DNA from: Bacillota bacterium
GTDB taxonomy: Bacteria; Bacillota; Sulfobacillia; JAJZYS01; JAJYTV01
Length of the DNA: 64,000 nt
NCBI GenBank assembly: GCA_021799275.1
Contig: JAJZAT010000003.1
Span: 9,708 to 73,707 of the forward strand
Direction of reading: 5' to 3'
Each line of letters begins with the position of its first letter. The first letter of the stretch is position 1. The notes beneath the pieces are model-generated. The model was not told the origin of the DNA. It worked only from the letters and a program-made list of their open reading frames with translations, and ran no database searches. Shown here piece after piece: positions 54,317 through 63,983 of this stretch. The position numbers and the translations under genes are program-made.

Positions 54317-55810
54317 CTAGACCACGTCGCTACCGGCCTTGTGATGACGCCTGGTAATCAGGGCGTGGACAAGGCTCGCGACCGAGAGCAGCAGGAAAGC
54401 GAGCGCGATCGGCCGCGTGAAGATGGCCGACCAGAGCGAGCCATAGACCTGTAGGGCCTGGTAGAGGTTGGTTTCCAAGATCGGCCCTAGGATCAGGCCG
54501 AGCAGAAGCGGCACAGTGCTGATGCCCATGGACCTCAGCCCGTAGCCGAGCAGTCCCGCGAGCAGGGCTGTCAGCACGTCGAACCAGTTGTTGTTCACGG
54601 CGAACGCCCCGACCAGGGCCACGACGGTCACGATCGGCAGCAGGAAGCGCGTCGGCACGAGCGCGAGCTTGGCCGTCCATCGCGCGGCGAAGAGACCGAT
54701 CACCAGCATCAGGATGTTGGCGACGAATGCGCCAGCGAAAATCGTGTAGACGAACGGTGCGTGCTGCATGAACAACGTCGGCCCAGGCTGCAGCCCGTGC
54801 AGCGTCAGGGCGGCGATGATAATCACCGTATCGACGCTGCCGGGGATGCCCAGCGTGAAGGCCGGGATGAGGCCCGAGAGCACGGCCGCGTTCGCCCCGG
54901 TGTCCGAGGCGATGACTCCGTCAATGTTCCCCTCGCCGAACGGCGGGTCAGACTTGTTGACACGACGGGCTTCGTTGTACGTGATGAAGCTCGAGATGGT
55001 TGGCCCGGCGCCGGGGTGGATGCCCATGAACACCCCGATGACGGCGGAGCGGACGAAGTTGAACCAATGCCGGGACCAGTCCTGGGCGCGAAACAGAAAG
55101 AGGTCCCGTTCCTGGCTCGGCTCGACCTGCACGATGCGCGGGCGCCTGTGCCGGATCAGATTGATCAGCTCCGGGAAGGTGAACAGCCCGATCAGGGCAG
55201 GAATCAGCGAAATTCCACTCAGGAGGTTCGGGGTGAAGGCGAAGCGCGGGAACCCGGAAGGAGCGAAGCCGACCGTCCCGATGAAAAGACCGATCAGCAC
55301 GGAGATGATGCTCTTCGAGAGCGTGCCCCGCGTGATCGAGACCACCAGCGTGAGGCCGAACGAAGCGAAGGCGAAGATCTCCGCCGGGCCCAGATAGATC
55401 ACGACGTTGCCGATCAGTGGCGCGACGAAGAGGAGCGCGATCGCCGCCGCGATGCTGCCCACGAACGCGCCGATGATGGACGTTCGGATCGCCCGCTGGG
55501 CGTGGCCCTGCATGGCGAGCGGATGGCCGTCCAGCAGCGTCGCCGCTGCCGCGGATGTGCCCGGGATATTCATCACGACGGCGGGGACGGCGCCGGCCCA
55601 GACGGCGGCGTTCCAGATCGCGATCAGGAGCAGCACCGCCGAGACGGCCGGCATGCCGTAGGAGAGCGGCAGGAGCATCGTCATGGCGGCGGCTCCCGTG
55701 AGTCCCGGGAGCGATGCGAACACGATGCCGATCACGACGCCGAGCGCCATCAAGCCGATGTTCAGCGGTGTAAGGCTTGCCGCGAAGCCTTGCAGGATCA
55801 GGTGAGTCAC
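54317..55810 (-). CDS. tctA: tripartite tricarboxylate transporter permease TctA
   Basis: ~500-aa polytopic protein with a Gly-rich internal repeat structure typical of TctA. Confidence 0.8.
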   Translation of the reverse strand: MTHLILQGFAASLTPLNIGLMALGVVIGIVFASLPGLTGAAAMTMLLPLSYGMPAVSAVLLLIAIWNAAVWAGAVPAVVMNIPGTSAAAATLLDGHPLAMQGHAQRAIRTSIIGAFVGSIAAAIALLFVAPLIGNVVIYLGPAEIFAFASFGLTLVVSITRGTLSKSIISVLIGLFIGTVGFAPSGFPRFAFTPNLLSGISLIPALIGLFTFPELINLIRHRRPRIVQVEPSQERDLFLFRAQDWSRHWFNFVRSAVIGVFMGIHPGAGPTISSFITYNEARRVNKSDPPFGEGNIDGVIASDTGANAAVLSGLIPAFTLGIPGSVDTVIIIAALTLHGLQPGPTLFMQHAPFVYTIFAGAFVANILMLVIGLFAARWTAKLALVPTRFLLPIVTVVALVGAFAVNNNWFDVLTALLAGLLGYGLRSMGISTVPLLLGLILGPILETNLYQALQVYGSLWSAIFTRPIALAFLLLSVASLVHALITRRHHKAGSDVV

Positions 55811-55820
55811 CGAATCTCCC

Positions 55821-56279
55821 TCATCTCAAGAAGAACCCTCTCGGCAAAGGCAAGTAGAGGAAGGACTGAAACACCACATACAGGAGCGCGGTCAGCACGA
55901 CCGGCAGCGCGATGATCATCCAGATGCGGCGTTCGCCGTTCAAGACCACGAGGATCGCCGAGAAGATGAACACCGCTGGCAGGGTGCCGATCCAATTCCA
56001 CGAGAGAATGAACAGCATGGTGAGCCCGATATAGATCACGACCGGCCACATGGCGCCGCGCTCAGGCTCGGGCTGCGTGGCCGCCTCCTCCCGCTCCTGG
56101 TCCTGCCGGCTAGCCCTGAACGATTGGTAGAGCCCGACGGCGGCCAAGATGGCGAGAAGCGTGAGCACGATGTGGGGATAGGCCCCGTCCTGCAAGGCGT
56201 ACGAGCGGCTCACGTAGATCAGGACGGCAGCAGCCAGGATCATGGCGGCGTAGCCGACCTTCTCCCCGAGTCTCGTCAC
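55821..56279 (-). CDS. tctB: tripartite tricarboxylate transporter small membrane subunit TctB
   Basis: 152-aa, 4-TM protein sitting between tctC and tctA. Confidence 0.65.
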   Translation of the reverse strand: MTRLGEKVGYAAMILAAAVLIYVSRSYALQDGAYPHIVLTLLAILAAVGLYQSFRASRQDQEREEAATQPEPERGAMWPVVIYIGLTMLFILSWNWIGTLPAVFIFSAILVVLNGERRIWMIIALPVVLTALLYVVFQSFLYLPLPRGFFLR

Positions 56280-56479
56280 CCCGATACCCCCTCTTCAGCC
56301 AGGGTCGAAGCGGGGAGAAGGTACGCAACGCCAAGGGGCCGCGTCCTCCACCCTGCAGCCTCGTCGCTCATTTGCACCCCGGGCGGACGGGCAGGGGCTC
56401 CCCTGCCCGCCTCAGCTCGGGTGTTCTCCAGCCCGACTCCCCGGCCCATCGCGCGGCCGAAGGGTTAAGGGCCGACCTC

Positions 56480-57472
56480 CTACTTGGCTACGCCCAGCCT
56501 CTTGAAGAGTTGGCCGTCCGACTTGTACTCGCTGTAGATCAGCTTGGTCGTCTGCGCGGAGTTCAGGTAGTCGACGGTGATGCCGATCTTTGCGAAGTTG
56601 GCCTTGAGCTCGGGCGACTTGGCGGCCTCGGCCAACGCCTTATCGAGCACATTCATCACGTACTGCGGGGTCTTGGCCGGAGCCGCGAGGCCCTGCCACA
56701 CGCCGACGGCAACCGGGTAGCCCTGCTGCTCGAACGTAGGAGCGTTCGGGAAGATGGGTGACCGCTTCGGCGCCGACGTCGCCAGGATGCGCACCTTGCC
56801 GGCGCGGACGTCCGACAGGACCTCACCCGTGTTGTTGTAGCTGAAGCTCGTTCGACCGGCGAGCGCGGACAGCAGTTCGGCCGGTCCGCCGGTAAAGCCG
56901 CTCACGGTCGTGAACTTGAGGTGCGCGTCGTACGCGAACTCCGCACCCATCACGTCCGTACTGGGCCAGCCGGCCGTGAACGGAGCCTTCAGCTTGTTGG
57001 GGTGCTTGCGGGCGTAGGCGACCAGTTGCTTCAAGGTCTTGAATGGGCTCGTTACGGGGACGTCCAGGTAGTTGGGAATGTACGTGATCTGGCCGACATA
57101 CTTGAAGCTTTGCGGTCCGAACGGTACCCCCTTCTCGATCCAGGGCGCATCGATGATGCCCGGCGAGTCGAAGAACAGGGTGTAGCCGTCGGCCACGGAG
57201 TCCGACGCGACGCTCGTGCCGGTGATGCTACCGGCACCCGGGATGTCCGAAACGATGACAGGCACCTTGAGTTCCTGCTGCAGGATCGGCGCCAGCGCCC
57301 TCGCCGTCTGGTCCACGCCACCACCCGCGGCGTACGGGACGATGATCTCGATCGGCCGCGTCGGGTACTGAGGTACGGCGGCGCTCGCGATCGGAAGGGC
57401 CATGAGCGTCGTCGATGCCGCGAACACCAGGGCGGCGGATACACCTACTCCGGCACGAAACTTGCAAGCCAT
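56480..57472 (-). CDS. tctC: tripartite tricarboxylate transporter substrate-binding protein TctC (Bug family)
   Basis: Signal peptide plus Bug-family length (~330 aa) and motifs (PGAGG, C-terminal Y..S). Confidence 0.8.
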   Translation of the reverse strand: MACKFRAGVGVSAALVFAASTTLMALPIASAAVPQYPTRPIEIIVPYAAGGGVDQTARALAPILQQELKVPVIVSDIPGAGSITGTSVASDSVADGYTLFFDSPGIIDAPWIEKGVPFGPQSFKYVGQITYIPNYLDVPVTSPFKTLKQLVAYARKHPNKLKAPFTAGWPSTDVMGAEFAYDAHLKFTTVSGFTGGPAELLSALAGRTSFSYNNTGEVLSDVRAGKVRILATSAPKRSPIFPNAPTFEQQGYPVAVGVWQGLAAPAKTPQYVMNVLDKALAEAAKSPELKANFAKIGITVDYLNSAQTTKLIYSEYKSDGQLFKRLGVAK

Positions 57473-57596
57473 ACGGTTACCTCCCCCGCTTCATTCCGTC
57501 TCCATCCGGGAACCGCGCAGACCTGGAATTCGGCGTGCTGCGTCACCCCCCTAAAGGACCAGGGCCGGCCAGCGGCCGGGAACACGACAAAACGGG

Positions 57597-58976
57597 CTAC
57601 GCGATGGCCCGCGCGGCCCCTCGGCCCGCGATGCGGCCGAAGACCGTCGCCTTGCCAAGCGACGTACCCGTCATGTATGCGGCGCCATGGAACCCGCCCA
57701 TGACCTCGCCAGCGGCGTAGAGGCCCGGGATCGAATCCCCGAAGATGTCGAGGACCCTCGCGTCTTCGTCGACCGTGATGCCCGCATAGGTGGCGATGAT
57801 GGCCGACGTGGACGGATAGGCGTAGAACGGCGGTTCCTCCAGGGTAGCGAGGGACCCGAACCGGTGGGTGAGGTGCTTTCGCCCGAGAGGATCGTCGAGG
57901 CCCTCGCGAACCATCTCGTTGTAGCTCTCCACCGTCTTTTTGAGCCTTCCGGGGTCGATCCCGATCTTACCGGCGAGTTCCTCGAGGCTGGGCGCCGTAA
58001 TCAACCGACCCTCGGTGATGCGGCGATGGAAGTCGAACATGGGATAGCCCGGCACGCTCTGACGCATCACGGCCTCGTCGAAGATCTGGAAGCCGAGCGC
58101 GTCCTCCTGCTCTAGACAGGCATCGCCGAGCAGCTTGTAGTCGAGCGACTCGTCGACGAATCGGCGGCCCTGCTTGTTCACGGCGATGGCGCCCTTGTAG
58201 ACCGCCATGCAGGCTGTGTGATGGCCTGACTGCGCCTGCGGGTGATTCCCGAAGGTTCCCTTCACGTAAGGCATATCCCTAAGGCCTGCGCCAAGCTGCC
58301 AGGCCATCCTGAGGCCGTCACCGTAGTTGCCTAGTCCCCCGAGGCGCAGCGCACGCTCCTTGCCGGGCGCGAACGCCGCGATCATCTCCTTGTTCTGGCA
58401 GAAGCCGCCGCTCGTGAGCACGACTCCGCGCTCTGCCCTGAGGAAGAACTCCTGGTCTCCCTCGTGCGCCCGGACAGCGACGACTCTACCCGTCTCGTGG
58501 TCTTGCACGAGACGATCGGCCGTCACGCCGGTGACCACGGTGAGGTTCGGCACCTGACGCGCCGCGGCGTGCAGAAGGTCGATCACCCGCCTCGGATTGG
58601 ACGGATGCGATCGCGGCACCGACTGTCCCGAGGCCGCCTGGACCTGTCCAAACTCGATCCCGTGCTCCCGGAGCCAATGGTAGGCAGCAAGGTTGTCTCT
58701 TACGTAGCGATCGACCAACCTGAGGTCGTTGCGGTGCTGCCCGACCTGGATCAGATCCTCGCGCAGCAGCTCGGGCGAGTCCTCGATCCCCTGGGCGGCT
58801 TGCAGGTCGGTGCCGGTGAAGCAGAACGAGCCGCCGCTCATCACGGTGCTGCCGCCCACTTCGTCCTGCTTCTCGCACAGGAGCACCTCGATACCTTGCT
58901 CGGCCGCCGTGAGGGCAGCCACAAAGCCCGCTAGTCCCGCTCCGACGACCACGACCGCACTCTGCAACTCTTCCAT
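57597..58976 (-). CDS. FAD-dependent oxidoreductase (fumarate reductase/succinate dehydrogenase flavoprotein-like, FAD_binding_2)
   Basis: VVVVGAGLAG N-terminus, the GG...TGTD region, and C-terminal LYAAGEVMGG. Confidence 0.8.
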   Translation of the reverse strand: MEELQSAVVVVGAGLAGFVAALTAAEQGIEVLLCEKQDEVGGSTVMSGGSFCFTGTDLQAAQGIEDSPELLREDLIQVGQHRNDLRLVDRYVRDNLAAYHWLREHGIEFGQVQAASGQSVPRSHPSNPRRVIDLLHAAARQVPNLTVVTGVTADRLVQDHETGRVVAVRAHEGDQEFFLRAERGVVLTSGGFCQNKEMIAAFAPGKERALRLGGLGNYGDGLRMAWQLGAGLRDMPYVKGTFGNHPQAQSGHHTACMAVYKGAIAVNKQGRRFVDESLDYKLLGDACLEQEDALGFQIFDEAVMRQSVPGYPMFDFHRRITEGRLITAPSLEELAGKIGIDPGRLKKTVESYNEMVREGLDDPLGRKHLTHRFGSLATLEEPPFYAYPSTSAIIATYAGITVDEDARVLDIFGDSIPGLYAAGEVMGGFHGAAYMTGTSLGKATVFGRIAGRGAARAIA

Positions 58977-59024
58977 GCGCGTCTCCCTCCGCCTCGAGGA
59001 CTCTGCGCCGGTTCGCCTGGCGGT

Positions 59025-59918
59025 TCAGACCTTCACGACGAACCGCCGCTCGAGATCGAAGATGCCTGGCAGGCCGAGCAGCTCGTTGATCTCCTCGAAC
59101 GAGACCGCGAGGTCGCTGCGGTCGGGGACCGTGTCGGCCCGGACGGTTGTCTCGAACGCCTGGAGGGCGTTGATCATGCCCTGGATGGTCGCCGCCGTAA
59201 GCATGCGGGGATACTCCACCACCGCGGCGCCGAGTTCCTGAAGGCGCTTGGGCGACAAGAGCGGCGTGGTCCGCCGGGACCGGATGCCGAACCCCATGTT
59301 GATCGCGACGGGCTTCTCCACGTTGCGGCAGAAGGTGGCGATGTCGTCCTCAGACAGCAGGGCGTCGGCGAAGAGGAGGCTCGCTCCCGCTTCGCCGTAC
59401 AGGTTTGCGCGGCGGATCGCCTCGGCGATGCCGAGCGGGGCGGCGGCGTCCGTCCTGGCCTTGATCACGAACTCAGAATCGCGACGCGCCTCGACCGCGG
59501 CGTGGATCTTCTCCACCATCTCCTCGGCCGGGATGACCTCCTTGCCGGCCATGTGCCCGCAGCGCTTCGGCCAGGTCTGGTCCTCGAGCATCAGACCGGC
59601 CGCACCGGCGTCCTCGAAGTCCCGCACGGCGTGGTACACGTTCACCGCGTTGCCGTAGCCTGTGTCTCCGTCTGCGATTAGCGGCATGTCGGTGATGCGG
59701 GCCAACATGCGGACCGCGTCGAGGTTCTGCTGCAGGCCCATGAGCCCGACGTCCGGGTAGCCGTAGCGGCTTTCCGACACTCCCGCGCCGGTGATGAGGG
59801 CCGCCTTGTAACCACGGCGCTCGGAGACCAGGGCGCTGAAGGCGTCGAACACGCCCGGCGCGATGAGGATCTCCGGTGCCTCGATCAGGCTCCTCAGTCG
59901 TCTTGAACGCTCACTCAC
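59025..59918 (-). CDS. isocitrate lyase/PEP mutase family protein (2-methylisocitrate lyase / carboxyvinyl-carboxyphosphonate phosphorylmutase-like)
   Basis: DGDTGYGN and EDQ..PKRCGH motifs of the ICL/PEPM superfamily. Confidence 0.8.
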   Translation of the reverse strand: MSERSRRLRSLIEAPEILIAPGVFDAFSALVSERRGYKAALITGAGVSESRYGYPDVGLMGLQQNLDAVRMLARITDMPLIADGDTGYGNAVNVYHAVRDFEDAGAAGLMLEDQTWPKRCGHMAGKEVIPAEEMVEKIHAAVEARRDSEFVIKARTDAAAPLGIAEAIRRANLYGEAGASLLFADALLSEDDIATFCRNVEKPVAINMGFGIRSRRTTPLLSPKRLQELGAAVVEYPRMLTAATIQGMINALQAFETTVRADTVPDRSDLAVSFEEINELLGLPGIFDLERRFVVKV

Positions 59919-59952
59919 GTCGACGAGCCTCCTCGTTTTGCCACCGCCCGGA

Positions 59953-60648
59953 TCAACCTTTGAGCCCCGCCGGTCGACCCCAGCCCAGCAGCTCGATCTC
60001 GCTGCCCACCACCGCGGCCCTGCCGGCCGGCGATGCCACGAACCAGACCGCCTCCGCCACCGTCGCCGGCTCCATCCAGGTGGCCGCCTCCTCCGGCTTG
60101 ACGAAGGGCCTGGTCATCTCCGTCAAGACCGGTCCGGGACTGATCGCCGCGAACTGGATTCCCTGACCGCGGAACTCCTCCGACAGCGACTTCGTCAGAC
60201 CTAGAAGCCCCCACTTCGAGGCGATGTAGGCACTGCGTTTCACGCCCGCCATGCGGGACCAGATGGAGCAGATGTTGATCACCGTCCCGCCGCCGCGCCT
60301 GAGCATACCTGGCAGCACCGCCCGCGCCGTCGTGGCGGCGCCGGCCAGGTTGACGTCGATGATGCGATTCCAGCGTTCGGTCGGGAGGTCGAGAAAATCG
60401 TCGTACTGGGCAAGCCCCGCCGCGTTGACAAGGCAGCCGACTTGACCAAGCTCCGCCTGCGTGGCGGCGAGCGCTGCCGCGACGTCCCCCTCGTCGGTGA
60501 TGTCGCACAGGAGGCTCTGCACCGCAGGCTCCGCCCCCGTCAGGGTCTTGACGTCCCAAACGCTGACCGGCCAACCCTCACGGGTAAACCGCTGCACGAT
60601 CGCCTTGCCGATATCCCCTGCGCCGCCGGCCACCACCAACGCGTCCAT
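59953..60648 (-). CDS. SDR family oxidoreductase
   Basis: Start MDALVVAGGAGDIGKAI, with YIASK catalytic motif. GGAGGTG SD. The tracker ORF is over-extended. Confidence 0.75.
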   Translation of the reverse strand: MDALVVAGGAGDIGKAIVQRFTREGWPVSVWDVKTLTGAEPAVQSLLCDITDEGDVAAALAATQAELGQVGCLVNAAGLAQYDDFLDLPTERWNRIIDVNLAGAATTARAVLPGMLRRGGGTVINICSIWSRMAGVKRSAYIASKWGLLGLTKSLSEEFRGQGIQFAAISPGPVLTEMTRPFVKPEEAATWMEPATVAEAVWFVASPAGRAAVVGSEIELLGWGRPAGLKG

Positions 60649-60947
60649 CCCTGTGCACCTCCAGGTGCCACATCGTCGCATCCACGAACCCGAGGCCGCT
60701 GCCGACCTGTGCCATGGCAGGCCTGCCGACTTCCACCTCTGTCGGTCACTTCTGCATTCTTGTATACATCTCCTGCTGCACGGAAATTTCTTTTTACCAC
60801 TCTGCACCGATTTGAGCCAAGGCCCGCTGCTAGCTTTGGGCGCTAGCCTCCGCATCCGGGCGGCCGAGGACTGCTTGCCGTCCGGTCACCTTTCTTTCGG
60901 TCGTTCGGCTGCTCCCCTGGCCGCATGGCCCCGTTCGAGACAAACGG

Positions 60948-61724
60948 CTAACGATAGACCTCGCGGTCGAAGATGCGGAAGTCATGGGGCGGCAGCAGCC
61001 GGCCCCCGAGACGCTCGAGTTGCAGGAAGGTCTCGTAATAGTCGGCAAGGCTGTAGTGGTGAGTGTCCGGAATGTGCGGCCATGCCGGCGGCTTGCCCTC
61101 CCAGTTCTCGTAGAGCGGGACGTTGTCGCTGGGCAGGACGTAGAGTCCCGTCGCCGCCTGGACCGTCACGGTCTGCATGCCTGGCGTGTGACCGGGCGAG
61201 AGCATGACGCCGAGACCCGGCATCAGCTCGCGGTCCCCGTCGATCACGTCCCATGCCGTTCTTGCCCAGGGCGGCGTGCGTCCCACGACGAATGAGTCGT
61301 AGCTTCTGGCGTGCCAGGGCAGCGGTGCCGCAGCGTAGCGAAGTTCCCTACCCTGCACGACGAAGCGCGCCTCGGGCAGGAGATCGAGGCCGTAGCAGTG
61401 GTCCCAGTGCAGGTGGCTGAGGATCACGAGACCGATCGACTTCGGGTCGACGCCGAGCGCGTCGAGCCGGGTCAGAAGATGCTGCTCGGGCGGCCGCTCG
61501 AACGGATGGTGATCGTCATGGGCTGTCAGCGGGTCGTCACAGCCTGTGTCCACCAGCACGCGCGTGTCGCCCTTCTCCAGCAGGAACGCCGTGACTGGCA
61601 CGTCGAGGGCTTCCGGGCTCCCGCCAGCGTAGAGGAAACTCGAGCGCTTGCGATGCAAGGTGCCAATCCAGAGCGGGCGGATCGTCCAGTCCAAGTGCTC
61701 GCCTCCTTCGAGGGTTCGGCGCAA
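60948..61724 (-). CDS. MBL-fold metallo-hydrolase, N-acyl-homoserine-lactonase-like
   Basis: HLHWDH motif and the later D/H ligands. AiiA-like size (~258 aa). Confidence 0.65.
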   Translation of the reverse strand: MRRTLEGGEHLDWTIRPLWIGTLHRKRSSFLYAGGSPEALDVPVTAFLLEKGDTRVLVDTGCDDPLTAHDDHHPFERPPEQHLLTRLDALGVDPKSIGLVILSHLHWDHCYGLDLLPEARFVVQGRELRYAAAPLPWHARSYDSFVVGRTPPWARTAWDVIDGDRELMPGLGVMLSPGHTPGMQTVTVQAATGLYVLPSDNVPLYENWEGKPPAWPHIPDTHHYSLADYYETFLQLERLGGRLLPPHDFRIFDREVYR

Positions 61725-61726
61725 GA

Positions 61727-63067
61727 TCAGTCGGCCAGTAGGGCGGTCAGTTCCCCAATACCGGCCACGTCCTCGAGGTGTGCGACGGCGTCCCGGATCG
61801 CGTCGAGACGGGACGTCGGAAACCTGGTTCCGGCGAGACTAAGGAACTTGCGCCAGTGGTCTTCCGGCGTCATCGGATTCTGCAAGGAGCCCTTCGGGTA
61901 GTCCACCTGTGCCTCAAACGACTCGCCGGAATCCAGCTTGACGCGAAGGTTACAGGAGACGCCGCGGGACAGGCCGGGATCGGCCTCGAACTGCAGCATG
62001 CGAGACAGACGCTGTACCTCGGGGAGCGCAATGAACTCTTCCTGGAACTGGTCGAGGAAGGCGGCGCCCTCCACTAGAGCCACCGCCACGGCGTGGTTCA
62101 GGCTGACCTGCGCCTCGTGATGGCTGCGCGGGCTGCGAATCTGGTGGTAGTGGGCCCAGGCCGGATGGCGGTAGATCGTCAGCTCCCGGATCTCCGCAAG
62201 CCGCCCTGCGACCTGCCGCCGCAGCTCAAGCGCGCAGTCGACCGCGTTGTGGATCGGCCTTGCGCAGGCATAGGCCTTGTACTCGATCCGCACGGGGTAC
62301 TCCGTACCGAGGCGGTCGACGAGTGCTCGCGGATCGCCCCCACCTGTGAAAGCCTTGAGGACGCCCCTCTCACCTTCGAAGATGGTGTCGGCACCGGTAT
62401 AGCCGCGCCGCGCTAGGCGCGCCGCCACGACGCCGTTCTGAGCCGCCGGTCCGGGGTTGATGCGCTTCTGCATCGAGGGTCCGTACATCTCCATGAGTCC
62501 GGCGGCGTGCGCTCCGGCGATGCCAAAGGTGCTGGCCACCTGCTCTGGCGAAAGCCCTTCGACGCGTGCCGCCGCCGCGGCGGCGCCAAACACGCCACAG
62601 GTGGCGGTACTGTGGAAGCCACGGTCGCGCATGGCCGGGTTGGCCGCGTTCGAGACGCGCGCCATGACTTCGCTGCCGGCGGCGGCGGCCAGGAGGTATC
62701 CCTTGCCGCCGAGCCCCGCCGCCTCTGTCGCCGCGAGCGCGGCCGACAGCACCGGTGGGCTGAAATGGAACAGCGCGAGGTCGTCGACGTCGTCGAGTTC
62801 GATGCTGTGGGCTGCCACCGCGTTCGCGAACGCCGCCGCCTGCGCGCTCACCTGCGCGCCGGAGCCGATGATCGTGGCTTCAGGTCGGGCCGCGCCATAC
62901 TCCGTCTGGAATCCCGCCACGATGCGCGCGGAATCGGTCAAGGAGCCCCGCAGGGCCACGCCGAGATAGTCCAGGGTGAGGACCTTGAGTTCCTCGATGA
63001 GCGGCGTCGGAACGTCCTCGAACCTGAGGCTCGCGACATGGTCCGCTAGTTGCAGGGTCTCGTGCAA
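61727..63067 (-). CDS. MmgE/PrpD family protein (2-methylcitrate dehydratase / cis-aconitate decarboxylase family)
   Basis: Family-typical N-terminal helical domain, length (~446 aa), and collinear resemblance to PrpD. Confidence 0.8.
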   Translation of the reverse strand: MHETLQLADHVASLRFEDVPTPLIEELKVLTLDYLGVALRGSLTDSARIVAGFQTEYGAARPEATIIGSGAQVSAQAAAFANAVAAHSIELDDVDDLALFHFSPPVLSAALAATEAAGLGGKGYLLAAAAGSEVMARVSNAANPAMRDRGFHSTATCGVFGAAAAAARVEGLSPEQVASTFGIAGAHAAGLMEMYGPSMQKRINPGPAAQNGVVAARLARRGYTGADTIFEGERGVLKAFTGGGDPRALVDRLGTEYPVRIEYKAYACARPIHNAVDCALELRRQVAGRLAEIRELTIYRHPAWAHYHQIRSPRSHHEAQVSLNHAVAVALVEGAAFLDQFQEEFIALPEVQRLSRMLQFEADPGLSRGVSCNLRVKLDSGESFEAQVDYPKGSLQNPMTPEDHWRKFLSLAGTRFPTSRLDAIRDAVAHLEDVAGIGELTALLAD

Positions 63068-63116
63068 TCGGGTTCCCTCCTCTGTGACACAGTGGCGATG
63101 GACGGAGCGCTCGAAC

Positions 63117-63983
63117 TCAGTGCCGCCGGGACTCTCTCGCCGGGCCCTCCTCCCCTTGGGCCGGCAGCGCGATGGCTGTCAGCCAGGCGTCACGGATCGC
63201 CGTAAGAAAATCTCCCGGCTGGTTGCAGTCACCGACGAGTACATAGGACATCCCGAGATCCTCGAGCACAGGCACGACGGAGCGTTCCGGCCGCACCCCC
63301 ATCGCCAGCACGAGGAAGTCGCCGCCGTCGAGCGTTCGCCGCTCCCCCTCGACGGTCAGTTGCAGGCTGCTGCCCTCGACCCTGTCCACCCTGGCGTCCG
63401 TAATCATCGCGACCCCCTGCGCCCGTAGCCGCAGGAGGAGGTCGGCTCGGTTGTTACGGGGCATGCTCGCCGCGATCTTCGGCAACATCTCGAGGACGGT
63501 CACGTGGCAGCCCCTCCCCGCGAGGACTTCGGCTGTCTCCACGCCCACGAGCCCCCCGCCGACGATGGTCACGCGCGCGCCAGGCGGGATGCGACCCTGC
63601 TCTGCAAGCACCTCCCAGGCAGTAAGGCAGGGCACTTCCGTCTGCTCGAACAGCGCAGGCCTGACAGGCGTCGCGCCTGTGGCCACGATCACGTGGTCCG
63701 GGGCGAATTCCCGCAAGGCCTGTGGGGTCGGACTGACGCCCAACCGAACCGGCACCCCAAGGTTCTGCAGCTGCTGCCAGCGATAGCTCCAGACACCGCG
63801 GACTTCTTCCTTGTGTGGAGGCACAAGGGCCAGGACGAGTTGGCCGCCGGGCTGCTGCCGTCGTTCCCAAACCTCGACGCTGTGTCCCTGGGCCGCGAGA
63901 TGACGCGCCGCCTCGACGCCGGCGACGCCGGCGCCGATCACTAGGACGCGTCTGGGCTGGTGCGGCAGTGCCTCTTTCGCCAC
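63117..63983 (-). CDS. FAD/NAD(P)-binding pyridine-nucleotide-disulfide-type oxidoreductase
   Basis: RRVLVIGAGVAG and a second Rossmann motif TIVGGGLVG. Apparent GTG start near the window edge. The reading frame stays open beyond it, so the N-terminus may extend past the window. Confidence 0.65.
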   Translation of the reverse strand: MAKEALPHQPRRVLVIGAGVAGVEAARHLAAQGHSVEVWERRQQPGGQLVLALVPPHKEEVRGVWSYRWQQLQNLGVPVRLGVSPTPQALREFAPDHVIVATGATPVRPALFEQTEVPCLTAWEVLAEQGRIPPGARVTIVGGGLVGVETAEVLAGRGCHVTVLEMLPKIAASMPRNNRADLLLRLRAQGVAMITDARVDRVEGSSLQLTVEGERRTLDGGDFLVLAMGVRPERSVVPVLEDLGMSYVLVGDCNQPGDFLTAIRDAWLTAIALPAQGEEGPARESRRH

